Assembly (NCBI GenBank): GCA_021613535.1
Contig: CP075492.1
Span: 6,138,001-6,202,000 of the forward strand
Length of the DNA stretch: 64,000 nt
DNA from: Adineta vaga
Taxonomy: Eukaryota > Animalia > Rotifera
Direction: 5' to 3'
Shown here piece by piece: positions 1 through 13,770 of this stretch (the stretch's first letter is position 1; every line of letters starts with the position of its first letter). Both the position numbers and the translations under genes were made by a program. The notes beneath the pieces are model-generated. The model had not been told where the DNA came from. It did not search any database and worked only from the letters and a program-made list of their open reading frames with translations.

Positions 1-282
1 TCCAGAATTTTAAAAAACGATTGTAATACCGAACAAATACGATTAAATGCACATAATCATACTTCATTCTTTCAATCATTATTTCTTTCATCGTTAAATC
101 TTAGTATAAACAAAACATAGTTGTTTCGAACATTGTTATCTTTTTTTCTTTTGTTGAAATAAATAGATACATTTCATATTTATCGAACAAAGAAATTTTC
201 GACATTTTCTCATGTCTTATTTATTAGAATATAAAGTCTGTAGTTTGTTTTTCTTTCAATTGAAAAGTATTCATATCATAGC

Positions 283-875
283 ATGTTAGCTAAACTTCAT
301 CTAATCATTCTTGCTGGTCTTACTGCTATTTCATTAGCATTGATCATCACTGGTGGATGGATATCAGCATGGTGTATTAGAGTTGGAAATCGATTTGAAT
401 GTTATTCATTATTTCAATCGAATGATACTTTTTCATGTCTTTTCAAATTAATTCCAACAGGTGTAATTTTATGTTTGATTATTTCATTATTAATGTTTAT
501 TATTTTGATTGTTACACAAGCTAAAAAAGAATATCAATTTGTAACACGATTTGTGAATATTCTTGTTCTTTCAACAGCTATTGTTTTGATAATGATTGTC
601 TTACTTCAATGGTTTCATCCACCTGCACAGACATCGAAGAATTAATCATTGCTCGATTAGTTGGAAAAACAGAGAATAGTACAGGTGAACTCGTTTTTGG
701 AACAATTTCATCGAAAGATCCATTATATTTAGCAGCATCCGAAGCACAACGACAAGCATTTGTTAGTTCACGTTATAATCTTAATCATGGTCCGAATTTA
801 TTTTTTGCTTCGTTTGTTATTCTTCTTATTGCTCTACTTGCTTTTGTTATCCTACATCGAGTTGAATTCGCTTGA
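283..875 (+). CDS. Four-transmembrane claudin/PMP22-like protein, with a 1-nt frameshift near 640
   Basis: ORF 283-645 has TM1, a W..C..C loop, TM2 and TM3. ORF 609-875 supplies the last loop and TM4 (YNLNHGPNLFFASFVILL). One extra A in 'aagaattaatc' joins the two. Confidence 0.55.
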
Positions 876-947
876 GAAAGAAAATAATAAATTACGCGCC
901 TTACCATCTATCTATTTGTTTTTCCAATTTTGTTGTCTATTTGTTTT

Positions 948-1235
948 ATGCCAGTCAAACGACGTCGATTACCGAGAAAAAATCGACGACAAAACGAATC
1001 TAAACCATCATCCATAGAAGTAGTTTATCCACAAATTTTGTATGAAACACATTTAGAAAAATGTAATTCCGATCTTCAAACAATTCCTGATCAAACTTTC
1101 GGAAAAATCTATTCAACGCAAATCATTGAAGAAATCTCTTCTTCGAATGCATCATCAACGATAGAACCGAATCCAATTGAAAGATCGCCAAGAAAACCAC
1201 GAAAAAAGAAAGTCAAGACTAGAAAACGAGTTTAA
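948..1235 (+). CDS. Small basic protein of unknown function
   Basis: ATG at 948; 95 codons with NLS-like K/R clusters at both ends (KRRRLPRK, KPRKKKVK). Confidence 0.3.
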   Translation: MPVKRRRLPRKNRRQNESKPSSIEVVYPQILYETHLEKCNSDLQTIPDQTFGKIYSTQIIEEISSSNASSTIEPNPIERSPRKPRKKKVKTRKRV

Positions 1236-1516
1236 TCTATATCTGTAAACTTTCCGAAAAAATTATCATGTTTGAATCGATTTATCAGTAAATGTTTTCA
1301 ATAAATATCGTGTTTTGTGACACGTACTATTCAGTTGTAACTCTATTACATTGAATGTATACATGATAAAACCAGTTCTCTGATCAACTACTATTTTCAT
1401 ACAAAAATATCATTCGTTACACATGATCGATTGTTGATAACGCATGGAAGTCACCGGTAAAATATATTTTTACTCTCACATACACAAATTATACCTCAAG
1501 GATATTGTGGTCAAGT

Positions 1517-1691
1517 AATGAATATCTACATCTTTATGTTTATGATGAAGATGAAGGAAAAAAAACGATATAATTGCTTCTACAAAAATCAGTTTAGATA
1601 AAGTTATTCAAACAGGACGTTTTGATGATTGGATACAATTATTGGTAGTCGAGGTGATATTCATATTCGTGTAACTTATGAACAAACATGA
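1517..1691 (+). pseudogene. C2-domain C-terminal fragment, frameshifted
   Basis: Across frames it reads YLHLYVYDEDEGK/NDIIASTKISLDKVIQTGRFDDWIQL/GSRGDIHIRVTYEQT*, the typical C2 pattern 'VYDED..D.I...I.L..V...DDW..L...G.IHI'. No N-terminal half found. Confidence 0.5.
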
Positions 1692-1781
1692 ATCATTCAA
1701 CTTTCTTATAAAAAATTAAGATAGATAGTTTTACTATTCTTTTATTGGTTTAGTGAAAATCTGACATAAATAAAATCGAAA

Positions 1782-2240
1782 TTACCATCTTTTATACGGT
1801 AAAAATTTACCAGACATGTTTATATTGACCCTGGGTGCATCCACTATTGTTTCATCTTTATCAATTTTAATTGTAAAATCTACTGCAGACATGATTCCAT
1901 CACCGAATTTTTCATGAATAACTTCTTTCATTGGAACACCATATTGAAGTAGAATTTCATAAAATCGATAGAGTAATGGATCAGTTGGCGGTAAGGATGG
2001 AAGAATAGATCCTTTATGTGGTGGATGCATAAATTCATTCATTTGTTCTTTTGTCAAATTGATACCAAGTATATTCATCAATCTTTGATATTCTTGAAGA
2101 TCAGCACATGTTGCTTGACCATAAAATAATGCAGCCACCCAAACGTCATCTCTACCAAGTTGTTTTCCAATATCAGTAAATGTTAATTGTTTTTCTTCTT
2201 TAGCCTTTAATAATAATTTCGATATATCAGATACATTCAT
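1782..2240 (-). CDS. cynS: Cyanate hydratase (cyanase)
   Basis: N-terminal HTH-like domain, then PPTDPLLYRFYE, IHEKFGDGIMSAVDF and GKFLPYKRW signatures. Intronless CDS with likely ATG at 2240. Confidence 0.95.
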   Translation of the reverse strand: MNVSDISKLLLKAKEEKQLTFTDIGKQLGRDDVWVAALFYGQATCADLQEYQRLMNILGINLTKEQMNEFMHPPHKGSILPSLPPTDPLLYRFYEILLQYGVPMKEVIHEKFGDGIMSAVDFTIKIDKDETIVDAPRVNINMSGKFLPYKRW

Positions 2241-2374
2241 TTTTTTATATCTGGAATACAATGCGTATGTCTACGTTGATATTTATTTTCGAAAACCAAA
2301 CACAAAATCTAACTACTCCAATATTTACAAACAGCTAGATTAAGAGAAATGAATAAGTGAACATTCGACTTTAT

Positions 2375-3001
2375 TTAAGAAAATAGACGAGAAAAGAAAC
2401 CGGCATTTGGATTGTTTTGATTATTACCCAAGTTATGATGATTGTTTGATTGACCATTATTTAAATATCGTTGAATAATATCAAAGATCAATTGTCGACC
2501 ACTACCATTCGTAGCCTAAAAACAACAACATAAGAAATATATTTTCTAATTCAAAAGAATTTACATACGTAACGAAGTAAATTATCAACTGATGATGAAC
2601 CAACAGTTCGACGAATTTCATCAGCAAGATTTTGTTTAGTATGATCATTTAGATCACGTAATTGACTTGTTAAAGAGTGATATGGATTAACAGCCTTGAA
2701 ACCTAGCCATGCACCTAAAGAAGAATTCCATAGATAGTCATAGGAATGTCAAAATCAGAATCGTTTTCATACCAATAATGGTACCAATTAATGCGCCATA
2801 GTTTCCGAAGATTACTGCTCCAATAACACAACCAGCAATTGCATATAATGCTTGCCAGAACATACCCCAAAGGGTAGAAAGTGTACCCTAGAATTAGAAG
2901 TCCAATAAATAATATAGAAACTATACCGATATACTTACACTTCGGCCTTGAATTAAATTAAGAATAGCATCGAAATAATTTGGATTAAAGAATGACGACA
3001 T
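2375..3001 (-). CDS. C19orf12-like glycine-zipper membrane protein, 4 exons, missed by the ORF track
   Basis: Manual splicing gives MSSFFNPNYFDAILNLIQGRS/GTLSTLWGMFWQALYAIAGCVIGAVIFGNYGALIGTII/GAWLGFKAVNPYHSLTSQLRDLNDHTKQNLADEIRR...FFSRLFS*, with three GT-AG introns keeping the frame. Confidence 0.7.
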
Positions 3002-5438
3002 GATCTCTTGTATCTAGACAATGAATGAATAAAGATATTAATTGAATTAATTATTTCACAAGTAAAACAGTAGAGGAGAGAGAAAAGAAATGACCAGAAT
3101 ATCCTCAGTTTAGGTGTGTGTCAAATAGAGACGACAATCACTGAACTGAATGACTTCTCGTTGGCGCTCTAACCAATACTAGACAGATGCACTCACTGAC
3201 TCTTTGTTTCTTATATCAACAAATAGAAATCTTCTTTCTTACCTCTCTGAGTAAAAAAAATATATCAGATGATATTTACAAGTTTTTTTCCAAATTAAAA
3301 AGTAATTTAACTATTTAATTGAGAAATAAATATGGATGTCATACAGATGTCGCTAGAGTATTGTTAAGAGTGAACTTTATGTTTCGGATGAATTCGCATT
3401 TATCTGTGATTCATCTTGATAATAAGAATATATTCATATGCCATCATTTCATATCATATCGATTCGAACAATGAAATTGTTGAGTAAGATTAATGTGTTG
3501 ATGTCAATGGTAAAAAACTTTACATGAGATAGATCAAGACAGATTTATTGCAAAGCTAATAGCATACTTGAAAGAGATCTCGAATTGCTTTCCCCTTATC
3601 GTTATCGATTCAATCTTGTTGTCTTATACTATCTGAATATATTTGAAAAACAAATCTTTGTTGTAAATTATAAATATAGTTTCTGATAACACGAAGAATA
3701 ATGCGAAAAAAATGTGAAAGATAACTTTTTCTACTGATATTTGAAAATCAGTATCAAAGTTGAACAACTAGAAGACGAATGATTACACCACGTTAGCTTT
3801 GTTTTACATTATTCAAATCCTCATATTCTCAGTAAAAGAACAGTCAGATGTTTTTCCCACAACTATAACTCAAATCTACAAATAATGAAGCAAATACACT
3901 AGAGATTACGTCTTTATTTCCCGAATGATCAGATATGCTTTTGAAGTCTTTTATAAGCATACGTTTCTTAATCAACTCGTAGGGTTCGAACGTCATTCAA
4001 GTTATTCCCAACAGATTAATATCTTGTCAACATTGACAAGAAAATTGAGAAACAAATCAACGTAGATTGTATCTTCATTCATAACCAAAACTTCGCCAAG
4101 ATATCACAGTCTATATAAAAAACTCATATTCGATTTTTTCTATGACGTCATCGGAAATATCATATATTCTTCAGAAGAAAAAGAGAGTGATCAAATAATA
4201 CGATATAACTTTTGTTGACGTCGTGTCTAGTAGATTTTTCTATATTTAACACACAGAAAGGTCATACAATCGATTAGATGTTATTCCGTTTGATTGCTTG
4301 ATTTATTTATTTTAATAAAAAGAGGTATCAAGCATATCAAGTCGAGCTTTTCGTTTCACGGTTATCTTCCTGTGAACAAAAGTAAATGTCAAAGTATACC
4401 TGGCTTTTGTTATCCATATTCATGTTGAAATGAGTACAAGAAAATCTGATAGAATTTTGTTCTCAAAGGAATTCTTAATAAAAATCATGAAGTCTCAAAC
4501 ATTGCTCAGATGCCGAATAATCGATTGCTTCGAAAAGAACAAAAGATATTCTGAACATGTAAAATAAGTTTTCTTTGGAGAAAACAACAACAACAACAAC
4601 AACAACAGCAATACATGCAATATGTTCATTGATTGAAGAAACCAAAATAGATATTTGATAAAAGACCATGTTATTTTCGGTCAAGATCAAAAATGTTTTC
4701 TTTCATCTATTCTTTTAATTGATACCATAAAGAACCGAGCAAAAGATCAATCATACAAAAAAGAAAACTAACATGCTATCAGCTTCTACTTATTCGTCAC
4801 ACTCCTCTTCCATATCATTATATTCTAATCCGAGTGAATCTCGATGATGTGTAATTATTTCCGTAAACGATGGTTTTAATTAGATTTTTAATGACAAGAT
4901 CTTTGAAAAAGAAAATTATTGAGTGCACTCATAGCTGCTATATATATGTATATTAGTTTGAATTATCTTGACTTGAGAATATCTTTTTATCCTCGAAGTT
5001 TTTCTAGGATAAAGTTAATGGTTTTCTAAAGTCGAATATATTACAAGGTCAAAATAATATAGAGTATGAAATTCATTGATTGTATTTATATCCGGTATTA
5101 GAAAGCTCATTGTTGAAAGCTTACTTAACAACAGCTAGTTTATTGATATTCTATTTAAATATGTTGTGATAAAAGGACTTTTCTTTGTTTGTTAAGACTA
5201 TATCGTTTTTAAGATTTTCCTTAGTTTTTCTCAGTTGTATTCGCATCAGATATTGTATAAATATACATCAATATTAACCTTTTATTCCTAAAAGTTCTTC
5301 GATATACAACTTCCAAAAGGCAAAACAAAAAACGGAAAAAACAACATCTGTCATAAAGAATGTAATTCGATATTCAGTATTAAATTACAAGTCAAAATTA
5401 AATGTAATTAGAATCATATAGTCTAGTTTTTAAACACT

Positions 5439-6548
5439 TTAAGGTAAACGATTTATTGAAAGTAATCGTTCTTTGGGTAAATCAATAGGATTATGTCTCA
5501 TATGTGGTGAAGATCGTGGATTTGAATTGGTTGATCTTCGATTGGATAACATTACACTAGATTTTAATATTCGTGTTGTACCTGTTCGAGAATCGAAACT
5601 GGCTGGTAATGGTTGACATAAGAGAAAATATTGACCAACTTGACGGAATTTCCTATCAAAAAATGCGTAGAGTATAAATGTTGACGAAGCATTAATAACT
5701 GACAAGAGATTATTAATAGACAAATATTGCCTTGCACCTAAATGCATCATTAAACTAGTGCCAGACCAAGTGTATAGAACATTAAAAACAAAGTATGGTA
5801 ATTGTGTTACGAGAAATATAAATACAATTGATAAAAGTAAGAAATTAATTGCATTGGATGATCGATTCGTTTTGGTTGCTGTACCTAATAGACGTTTACG
5901 CTGTCGAACTGAATAAAGTTTTTTTATAATGGAAATTTTACATATTAAGATAATTGTTAAAGGAATAAGAAAAACAAAAATAAAATAAAGATATTTACGC
6001 ATTAATAAAAGGTATAATTGTTTCGAGCCAAATTCTGATACGACGATAACTGTTGTATTATTTTCTGTTTTCAATGTATACTCAAACCAAAATGGAACAC
6101 AATAGAGTACACAAAAGACAATGACAAATATGACGACGAATACAGCTCGTTGTGGACTTCGCCATTTTCGGCCACGAAATGGTAAACAAATTAGAATGAA
6201 TCGATCAACTGCAACAGTTGCTGTTAAATAAATTTGAATCAATAAACATGTCACATGAATTGGAAATATTCGAGTGAATATATGACGATAGAATACTTCA
6301 GCATGAAAGGTCGAACGTATGCCATGTGTTAATAAGAAGCCAATCAAGACACAAGATGATGCACATGATAAAGAAAATATATAGATATTTGTAATTGATG
6401 TTCGCATAAATCTACTGGATAATATAACACATGTTAAAGCATTACCTAGTAATCCACATATACAAACGATGGATAATAGATAACCTTCAACAATACGTTT
6501 AAATTCGGCAAGCCGTTGATCATATAGGGCATCAGATGAAACATTCAT
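5439..6548 (-). CDS. Rhodopsin-class GPCR, FMRFamide/peptide receptor-like
   Basis: Seven hydrophobic helices; GN in TM1, AVDRF, CxP, QLP in TM6, INASSTFILY in TM7 and FR in helix 8. Single exon. Confidence 0.9.
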   Translation of the reverse strand: MNVSSDALYDQRLAEFKRIVEGYLLSIVCICGLLGNALTCVILSSRFMRTSITNIYIFSLSCASSCVLIGFLLTHGIRSTFHAEVFYRHIFTRIFPIHVTCLLIQIYLTATVAVDRFILICLPFRGRKWRSPQRAVFVVIFVIVFCVLYCVPFWFEYTLKTENNTTVIVVSEFGSKQLYLLLMRKYLYFIFVFLIPLTIILICKISIIKKLYSVRQRKRLLGTATKTNRSSNAINFLLLSIVFIFLVTQLPYFVFNVLYTWSGTSLMMHLGARQYLSINNLLSVINASSTFILYAFFDRKFRQVGQYFLLCQPLPASFDSRTGTTRILKSSVMLSNRRSTNSNPRSSPHMRHNPIDLPKERLLSINRLP

Positions 6549-7133
6549 TATGTTGTTTGTTTACAACTTATGTAAAATAAACTATTCCGATCACAGTGAT
6601 AAATCTTTATATCTACAAGAAGAAAACCGATTTCCTTAATTATATTTTTCTTCTACCACTTACTATTGTGACCAATGTTTTGTTTGAAAAAGAAAAGATA
6701 AAACTAGCGTAGGCTGTTTAAACAATGCTTAATGCAATATACGACTCATTATCAACAATTTATTCACATGCAAGCATGCTTCTTATATCCGTTAGTGAGG
6801 TCGTGTTAATTAATTTATAGAATATAAATCTATCCGATTAGATTACAGAATACTTTGTTTAGAATTAATTTATTCGACAAGAATATATGTCACATAAAAT
6901 GATAAACTATAACTTACTTCTTTTTTTCTCTTCTTCTTTGGATAGATATTAGAATCAAATGAAGAATAAGAAACCGACCTGATCTTCTGTCTAGTCTCTT
7001 GAAAAGAAGTAGAAAAACGCATCCACTCTTCTCCTTTTCCTTTCTTATTTCTTTTCTCTTTTTCTCCTCACGACTATTCAACAAGATGAGAGAAATATTT
7101 GCTTACATCTCTAATAATCAAAGAAAAGAAAAT

Positions 7134-7166
<33 letters not shown>

Positions 7167-7170
7167 GAGC
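7134..7170. repeat. (AG)n microsatellite
   Basis: Imperfect agagag run. Confidence 0.85.
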
Positions 7171-8364
7171 GAAAGCGAGGGAAGTGCTTCGATTCCATAT
7201 TAAAACCTACGGAACTTAGAATCGATATTCGATTTATAATCCACAATATATCATATTTTATTCATTAATTCTTCTCAAGAATCTTTTATTTTAAACAATT
7301 CAAATTTAAGTATTTCTCGAATATGATATGCGGAAAGAAGAACTTTGTTTTAGTTTTCTGAAGACATAATTGCATGCATTACTTCCATTTCTATCACGAA
7401 GTAATATCACTTTAAGATCTAATATATTGCATACGGGCATTAATATCAACAAAATAAAGACAGTTAAGAGTGTCTGTAAGTTTATATTATTTCCTCTTCT
7501 AGGATCAGTCCGTTCTACATATTAGCTCTTCAAATATACTTGAAAGATTGATTTCCATCGAGCAAGTGATCATGAATTGTCGACTTTCGAAAATGATTTT
7601 TCTTTTATGTCTCTTTATTTTATTAGGTACAAAGAACAGTAGAAACCGACTACTTATTCACAAAGTAAATCTTATTAATATCACATTATCAAACGAACGT
7701 AAAGAACACCGAGTATTTACAAGTAAAGTAATAATAAACTTAATGAAAGAAAAAAATGGTCAGGTTGTTTGAAAGTAAATATAGTCAGACACAAGTTCTG
7801 ATTGTGCTCGAGCACGTTTCTTTCAAAAAAAAGAACGCAGTAAACAAGCAAGATATATACAAAAGAAAAGAGCAAATAGAAATAATAATAATAATAATAC
7901 GGCTTTTTTCAATGATCAATCTCGCACACACACATATACGTATGGGAACATAAAAAAAACATTAACAATAACAACAACAGAAACATACGTTTACAAAGAG
8001 AGAAAAAAACTATAAATTCACCATATCATTTAATGATATTTTATTATCCGATTGAAGGAAGACATTCACCGTCTAAAAAGAAATAAAAATAAACAATGTT
8101 ATCGTTCTGAAGAGATTTCATTTCCGTCTTTTCTATCATCGTTCTCATAACTAATCCGATTCAATCTACAAGAAAAATGTAGATTAATATTGGCCTAAAT
8201 CTTATTTTCATACGATTCTATGTCTACAGCTGTCATAATAAATCAAAGGTTAATTACGCCCTGTAATCTCTTTTCTATCTCAATAAACGAACAAGTCTTC
8301 ACTATGTACTTCTATATTCTAATAAAATCTCTTTTTCTCAAAGATATATAATTAGATTTGAAAC

Positions 8365-10726
8365 TTACTTTTCAATGACATCTAATACATAATTCCATCC
8401 TTGATTATTATCCCAGAATTCCTCTGACGTTGTTTGAAAGCAAACAGCAAAAAGAATTCTTTTGGTTTCTAATACATCCGACTTAGATTTTGGAAGTACT
8501 ATTTCAAATGTAAATGTATCAGTATTATCATGGGGACAGTTCATCGAATGTCTAGCTTCAATATCCGTCCATGTATTCCATTCATTATCAGTTGAACGAA
8601 TAAATACATGTTTATTATAATTACAATTATGTACACGAATAGTTCCATATGCAATCGCATCTTTTGTATATAAACATTCTAATAAGACTTGTTTATTATA
8701 GATTATCGGAGTAATATTTGTTCGAGATGTAAAATTTCGTGAAACGAGATTATATTGTTTTGCTGATAAAGAGAACGATGACGATGATGGTGTTCGTCGA
8801 GCAATATTTGGAAGATCGAGAAGATATTTTCCATGACGAAGTTGTCCGAATTGTACACGAACACATTCTTGAATGATTGTAGAACTCATTTGATCCGGTG
8901 GACTCATGTAACGAATAGATTCAAGATCAAGACCCTAGAAGAAAAACAAGAATGAATGTATAGACGAATATTCGAAGATGTCGTTTTTTTTGTTTTCAAT
9001 CATACGACTAACATACAAGTGAGCGAAGGAAAAATGCTTTACGAAATTTGATGATGTATAATGTCTTATGATGCTAGCGATAATGACGACAAAGAAATTT
9101 TAGAAAGAAAAATGTAAAGTTATTTCACTCTTTGTCTGGATTGGTAAAGAATAGTATATAATGAATGGATCACGTGTGCTCTTTTTCGTTCTGTTGTAAA
9201 TAGGGGGTGTTAACGCTCGTGCCCCTCAGAAACAAATATCACAAGATACGTTATTTTTTATGCACATGATTTGTGTAAATATAACCTGAATGGAGATAGT
9301 ACATATTTCATTTGTTATTCGTAACAACGTAAACATGCGTCATATGTTTTTTATGTGTAGTTACATTGAAGCGTTCGCTTTTCTGTCAATATCAATCAAG
9401 CCGTGGAAACTAGTGAATGATCATTTTATTCTACAATGACATAAAGTTGCACAGATCAAATTGTATGGCACAACTGATAAGTACAATGTACTCGATAAGA
9501 ATCGAATTTCAACTCAAGATGGAATTTGTGTATCAAAATATATTATTCGTCAAACTTGATAAATACTAGTATGTAATATACCTTTCGAATTATATTATTA
9601 GTCTCTATGACATGACCTCAATCGAGTGGTAAGTACATACAATGTATTTACACCTATTCTTATTACTCATTAACCACATTTGTGATTCTCAATGACTACA
9701 ACAGATTCTTAACGCCACTTCTTTTAACAGTTCGAATAACCAGTATTCAATAGTCAGAATCCTTCCCTTTCGTACTACAAATTGTACTATATTATACACA
9801 ACCTAAACATTGTGTTTACTACGAACAAATTCTGCAAAAACGAAACGTTATTGTATAATATAATGTTTCAGTGAGAAAATCTAACATGGACTTTAATTAT
9901 CACAAGAGACCTTAGAAGATCTTGATTACATACCATCACATCAGCAAATCGAACCATTTTCTTGGGTGCTGTTTCAAGAAGTGGTGGTTTTTCACTGAAT
10001 TGAAAAACACTGACTGAATTTGAACGTATACTAAGTCCAGTAATTTGTTCTTCATCTCCATCATCATGATCGTTTGTTGTATACGGCGAGAATAATTCCT
10101 CCGAACATAATGTATGTGTTGAATCATGAAAAAATTTCGTCGGTTTTTGTAAATTACTAGCATCGTTATCCAAATCATAATCATCTTTACAAACTGTTGA
10201 ATCTGATGATTGACGAAGTAATTCATCGTATCCATTTTCACCGTGTAGTGTAATTGCATCTAAACAGCGATAAATAATGATGTTAGAAAAAAAACAAATA
10301 CTGACAAATGTCTTTCTCTTCATACATACCCACATTACTTTTAGAATGATATTGATAATCATCATCATCATCATCGACGTCGTCGTAATTACTGATCTGA
10401 TCGAATCCAAGATTGAAATCCATATCTTCTTCGGACGATTGATTCGAACTAGTTATACTACAATGTGCAACTGGATCAGATAGACGTGATAGGCGAGTAA
10501 AATTTGATTGAGATAAATCCTCAATAAGCGAGGAAGATGATGATGTTGATATTGAATCATTTTCCGAACAAGATCGTAGACGTTGTTGAAAAAGAATTGA
10601 ATTATCTCGTGGTGACTTTGACAGCATAGCTAAAGTGTTGATCGTTGGATAATGTTTAGAATTTTGTAAATAATGCATAACTTTATCGTTACTAGAAAAA
10701 TCGATTGCTTTTTTTATTCGAGCCAT
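8365..10726 (-). CDS. Glycogen-targeting PP1 regulatory subunit (PPP1R3 family, CBM21), 3 exons
   Basis: RVxF motif KMVRFADVM/GLDL across intron 8935-9933; CBM21 motifs GTIRVHN, DTDTFTFEI and EFWDNNQGWNY. Second intron about 10260-10329. Confidence 0.9.
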
Positions 10727-12977
10727 TGGTAGACAGTTTTACAAATCTGAAATGAAAAAGTCGAGAAGAAGGTTACTGGTAAAAAATAACAAGAGAAATG
10801 TTAGTAAGAGTATGAAGAAGAAGAAAGAGAAAGAAGCGATGACGTGTATATATTGATGATTTTGCTTTTACTCAATAAACTTCTGTAAAAATGAATCAAT
10901 GTTAAAGTCAAAATATAAAGTAGATCTATACGTGAATAGATAAAAATTTCCAAAAATGAAAAGTCTGACTCAATAGTATAGTGAAGTTTCATCATTTATC
11001 ACAATATGAATCATGTCACGTTTTCTGGGACACAAGGTTTTTTTGAACTTGGTCAATGAGTATGAAAAGATGTTTATACATGCATTGTACACAGTAATCA
11101 ACAAATAATAAATGGGCGTATATTTATACACATATATTAAACGATTACCTTTATACTTATGAAGATGTTTTTCTTATTGAAGCAGAAATGTACATATTCA
11201 TGTTAATATATTGCGCATATAAATATATAAACGATATACCATCTATATACTATAAATAGCAAGAGAAAAAGCAAACTTATCGATATGTAGAGAACATAAA
11301 AAAAGATTTTGTTGGTCAATCTTGTCCAAAGATAGAGTTGTTATCTCGTATTTTTGGATGACATTTTTTCCTGCCAATGAAAGTGTGTCTTAATCAAAAC
11401 GAAAAGTAAACGGGAGCACAGACAAGTAGTTATTTTAAATAGAACTCGAATAAAGAATGATGGGTAAAGAAATATAAAATGGATTTTCTTTTTCATCTTT
11501 CTCTTGAAGAGAAATTTATCTAAAGAATAAAAAATTATGAAATAAAAAGATTTATTTAAATTAATTGATAATGAAGTCACTGAGTACGAATGTTGAAATG
11601 GATATTGCGAAAGATTTCGAGCGAATTATGTCTATGTATTACTATTAATAATAATGACAAATTTACATAAAAAGCTAAACTAATCTAAGAGTGATTGAGA
11701 TTTAATATAACTTAAATGAAATCTAGTAATATAAATTACAATGATTTACTTTTATTAAATTAGAGTTATTCACTATATCTGCTAAACAATATTGATGTTA
11801 AACATCGTTACCTGACGATATAGATGATTGATGATCATATGCGGAGAAAATAACGTAAGCCAGCAAATATATGGCATTCATATTCTTCCATTATATACCT
11901 GCTAATGTATTCAAAACTAGTTGCCAAGAAAAGGTTGACTGTACGTGAAGTAGCCTCGAGTACACTTAACCATACCTCCGTTTGTAAGCAATAGCCGACG
12001 AAATAGGACTGTAGATGATATCAGTCGAATTTATATTATCAAACATAAATAGAGATGATCAATAGTGAGGAAAAGAGGAGGCGTTATTTCGTCTAAATGA
12101 GAAAGTAGATCATGAGTTGACTTGATGGTCTATTATCTGTTACCTGTATATAATACATATACATAGAAAAGAAAAGAAAGATCAAAGTCCATTCGATAAT
12201 GAAAACTATCTCAATTCCAATGTCATACGAGATGAAAGTCTGCAGTTATTTTTATCTCAAGGTCAACCTAAACGGAATAACTTCATTTGTACCAAAAAGC
12301 GAAGAAGAGTAGTCAAAATAGTTGCTCAACAGGAGAACCCGAAAATTTTCTTTTTGTTTCGTACTTGTTTTCTTCTTTAGATTATATTGGTTTCATGTTT
12401 TTATCACGCCTCGAGACATGCATCAAGTGCGTGAATAAGAAAACGACGCAAAATTATGACATTGATAGGATATACTTGTTGAATGCATAGATATTCAAAC
12501 CGTAATCGTTTCATCTATGTTTTCTACTCCATATTAAAAACACTCTTCGAATCAATGAAATTAAATAGCAATATGAAAAGATTTATCTTACCATGCAATT
12601 ATAGTTTTAGGTACATAATATTTGTTCGTCCTTCAAATGATTGAATCTATACTTAACTTACCTTTGATCCATAAGAAAAAAGAAACAACAAATATCACAA
12701 TCTCGTTTTCTTTCGTATAAACAAAACTATACATGACCAGAAAGGAACTTTTTTCCTCAGTGTTGGCAAATTGATTAACGAATCATTTTTTTTTAAATAA
12801 CAAAAAGAAACAAACAGATTCTTTTTTTTCTTTTCTCTTTCGTCTATTGTAATTAACCATATTGTTCTGTTTCGAACAAACTTTGTTGTTGTTATTGACA
12901 CAAACTATTCGATGACAAGTAGTTGGAGGATAACAATGACATTTAAGGAAAAAAGAGACTGGATTATCACCATAATA

Positions 12978-13770
12978 TTATTGTTGAAGCAAAGAAGAAG
13001 TAGAACATTCCGTACTATTTATAGTTGCAACAATATTGTCAGTTTTCAAATTAGTCTTAGGCAATGGTTGATTTGAACTTGTTGTGATTGATTCGAGTGC
13101 AGAACGAGTATTACTATCATCATCATCTTTTATAGAACTTTCTTCTTCGCCCATAATTCTATAGAAGAAAAAGATTATATTTGAGGTGATTGGTAAAAAG
13201 ATCTCAATTTACCGTAATCGCGCTAATCGATATTCGAGTTCACGTTGTTCATAAGTTTTTATCGAAGATTTTGTTGTTTGTACAGAGGAAGTATTAGATA
13301 CTGATTCTTTTGATTGCTTTCGTGGAATGATTGATACGACAGGCGCAGTTGTTGTGATCGAATTATTATTATCATAAAAAGGTGAATTTAGGTCATCATT
13401 ATCATCATTATTTGTGGATGTCGTCGTACTAGAATTAGTGAAGTCATTGTAAGCAGAAGTTTGAGATTGATTAGTTGGTCTTTTAAGTATTCGAATTGGT
13501 TTATTTGATTGATTCACATTTAAATTCGAAAAATTTCGATTGTCATTTACGTTTGATAATGTTGAAGGTATAATAGATTCCTAGAAAAATTCAAAAGATA
13601 AATAAATAGTCCTTCGACTTTCGATTGAAAAACTCAGTTTCATCTATTCGAGACATAAACGAAAAATTTACTTGCGTTGCAGCTCGATCCTTTTCTAATT
13701 GTTCCAATCGTTTATCAAATTCTCCAGTATCAACTGCAACTTCCCAATCATCATGATCATTTCCCATCAT
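12978..13770 (-). CDS. SZRD1: SUZ domain-containing protein 1-like, 3 exons
   Basis: N-terminal DDWEVAVDTGEFDKRL, then IRILKRP and KTYEQRELEYRLARL/RIMG. Confidence 0.8.

Noticed and set aside
12783-12980. Frame stays open for 64 codons after the SZRD1 TAA (possible readthrough)
   Set aside because: Weak readthrough context and low-complexity UTR-like sequence; plausible by chance.
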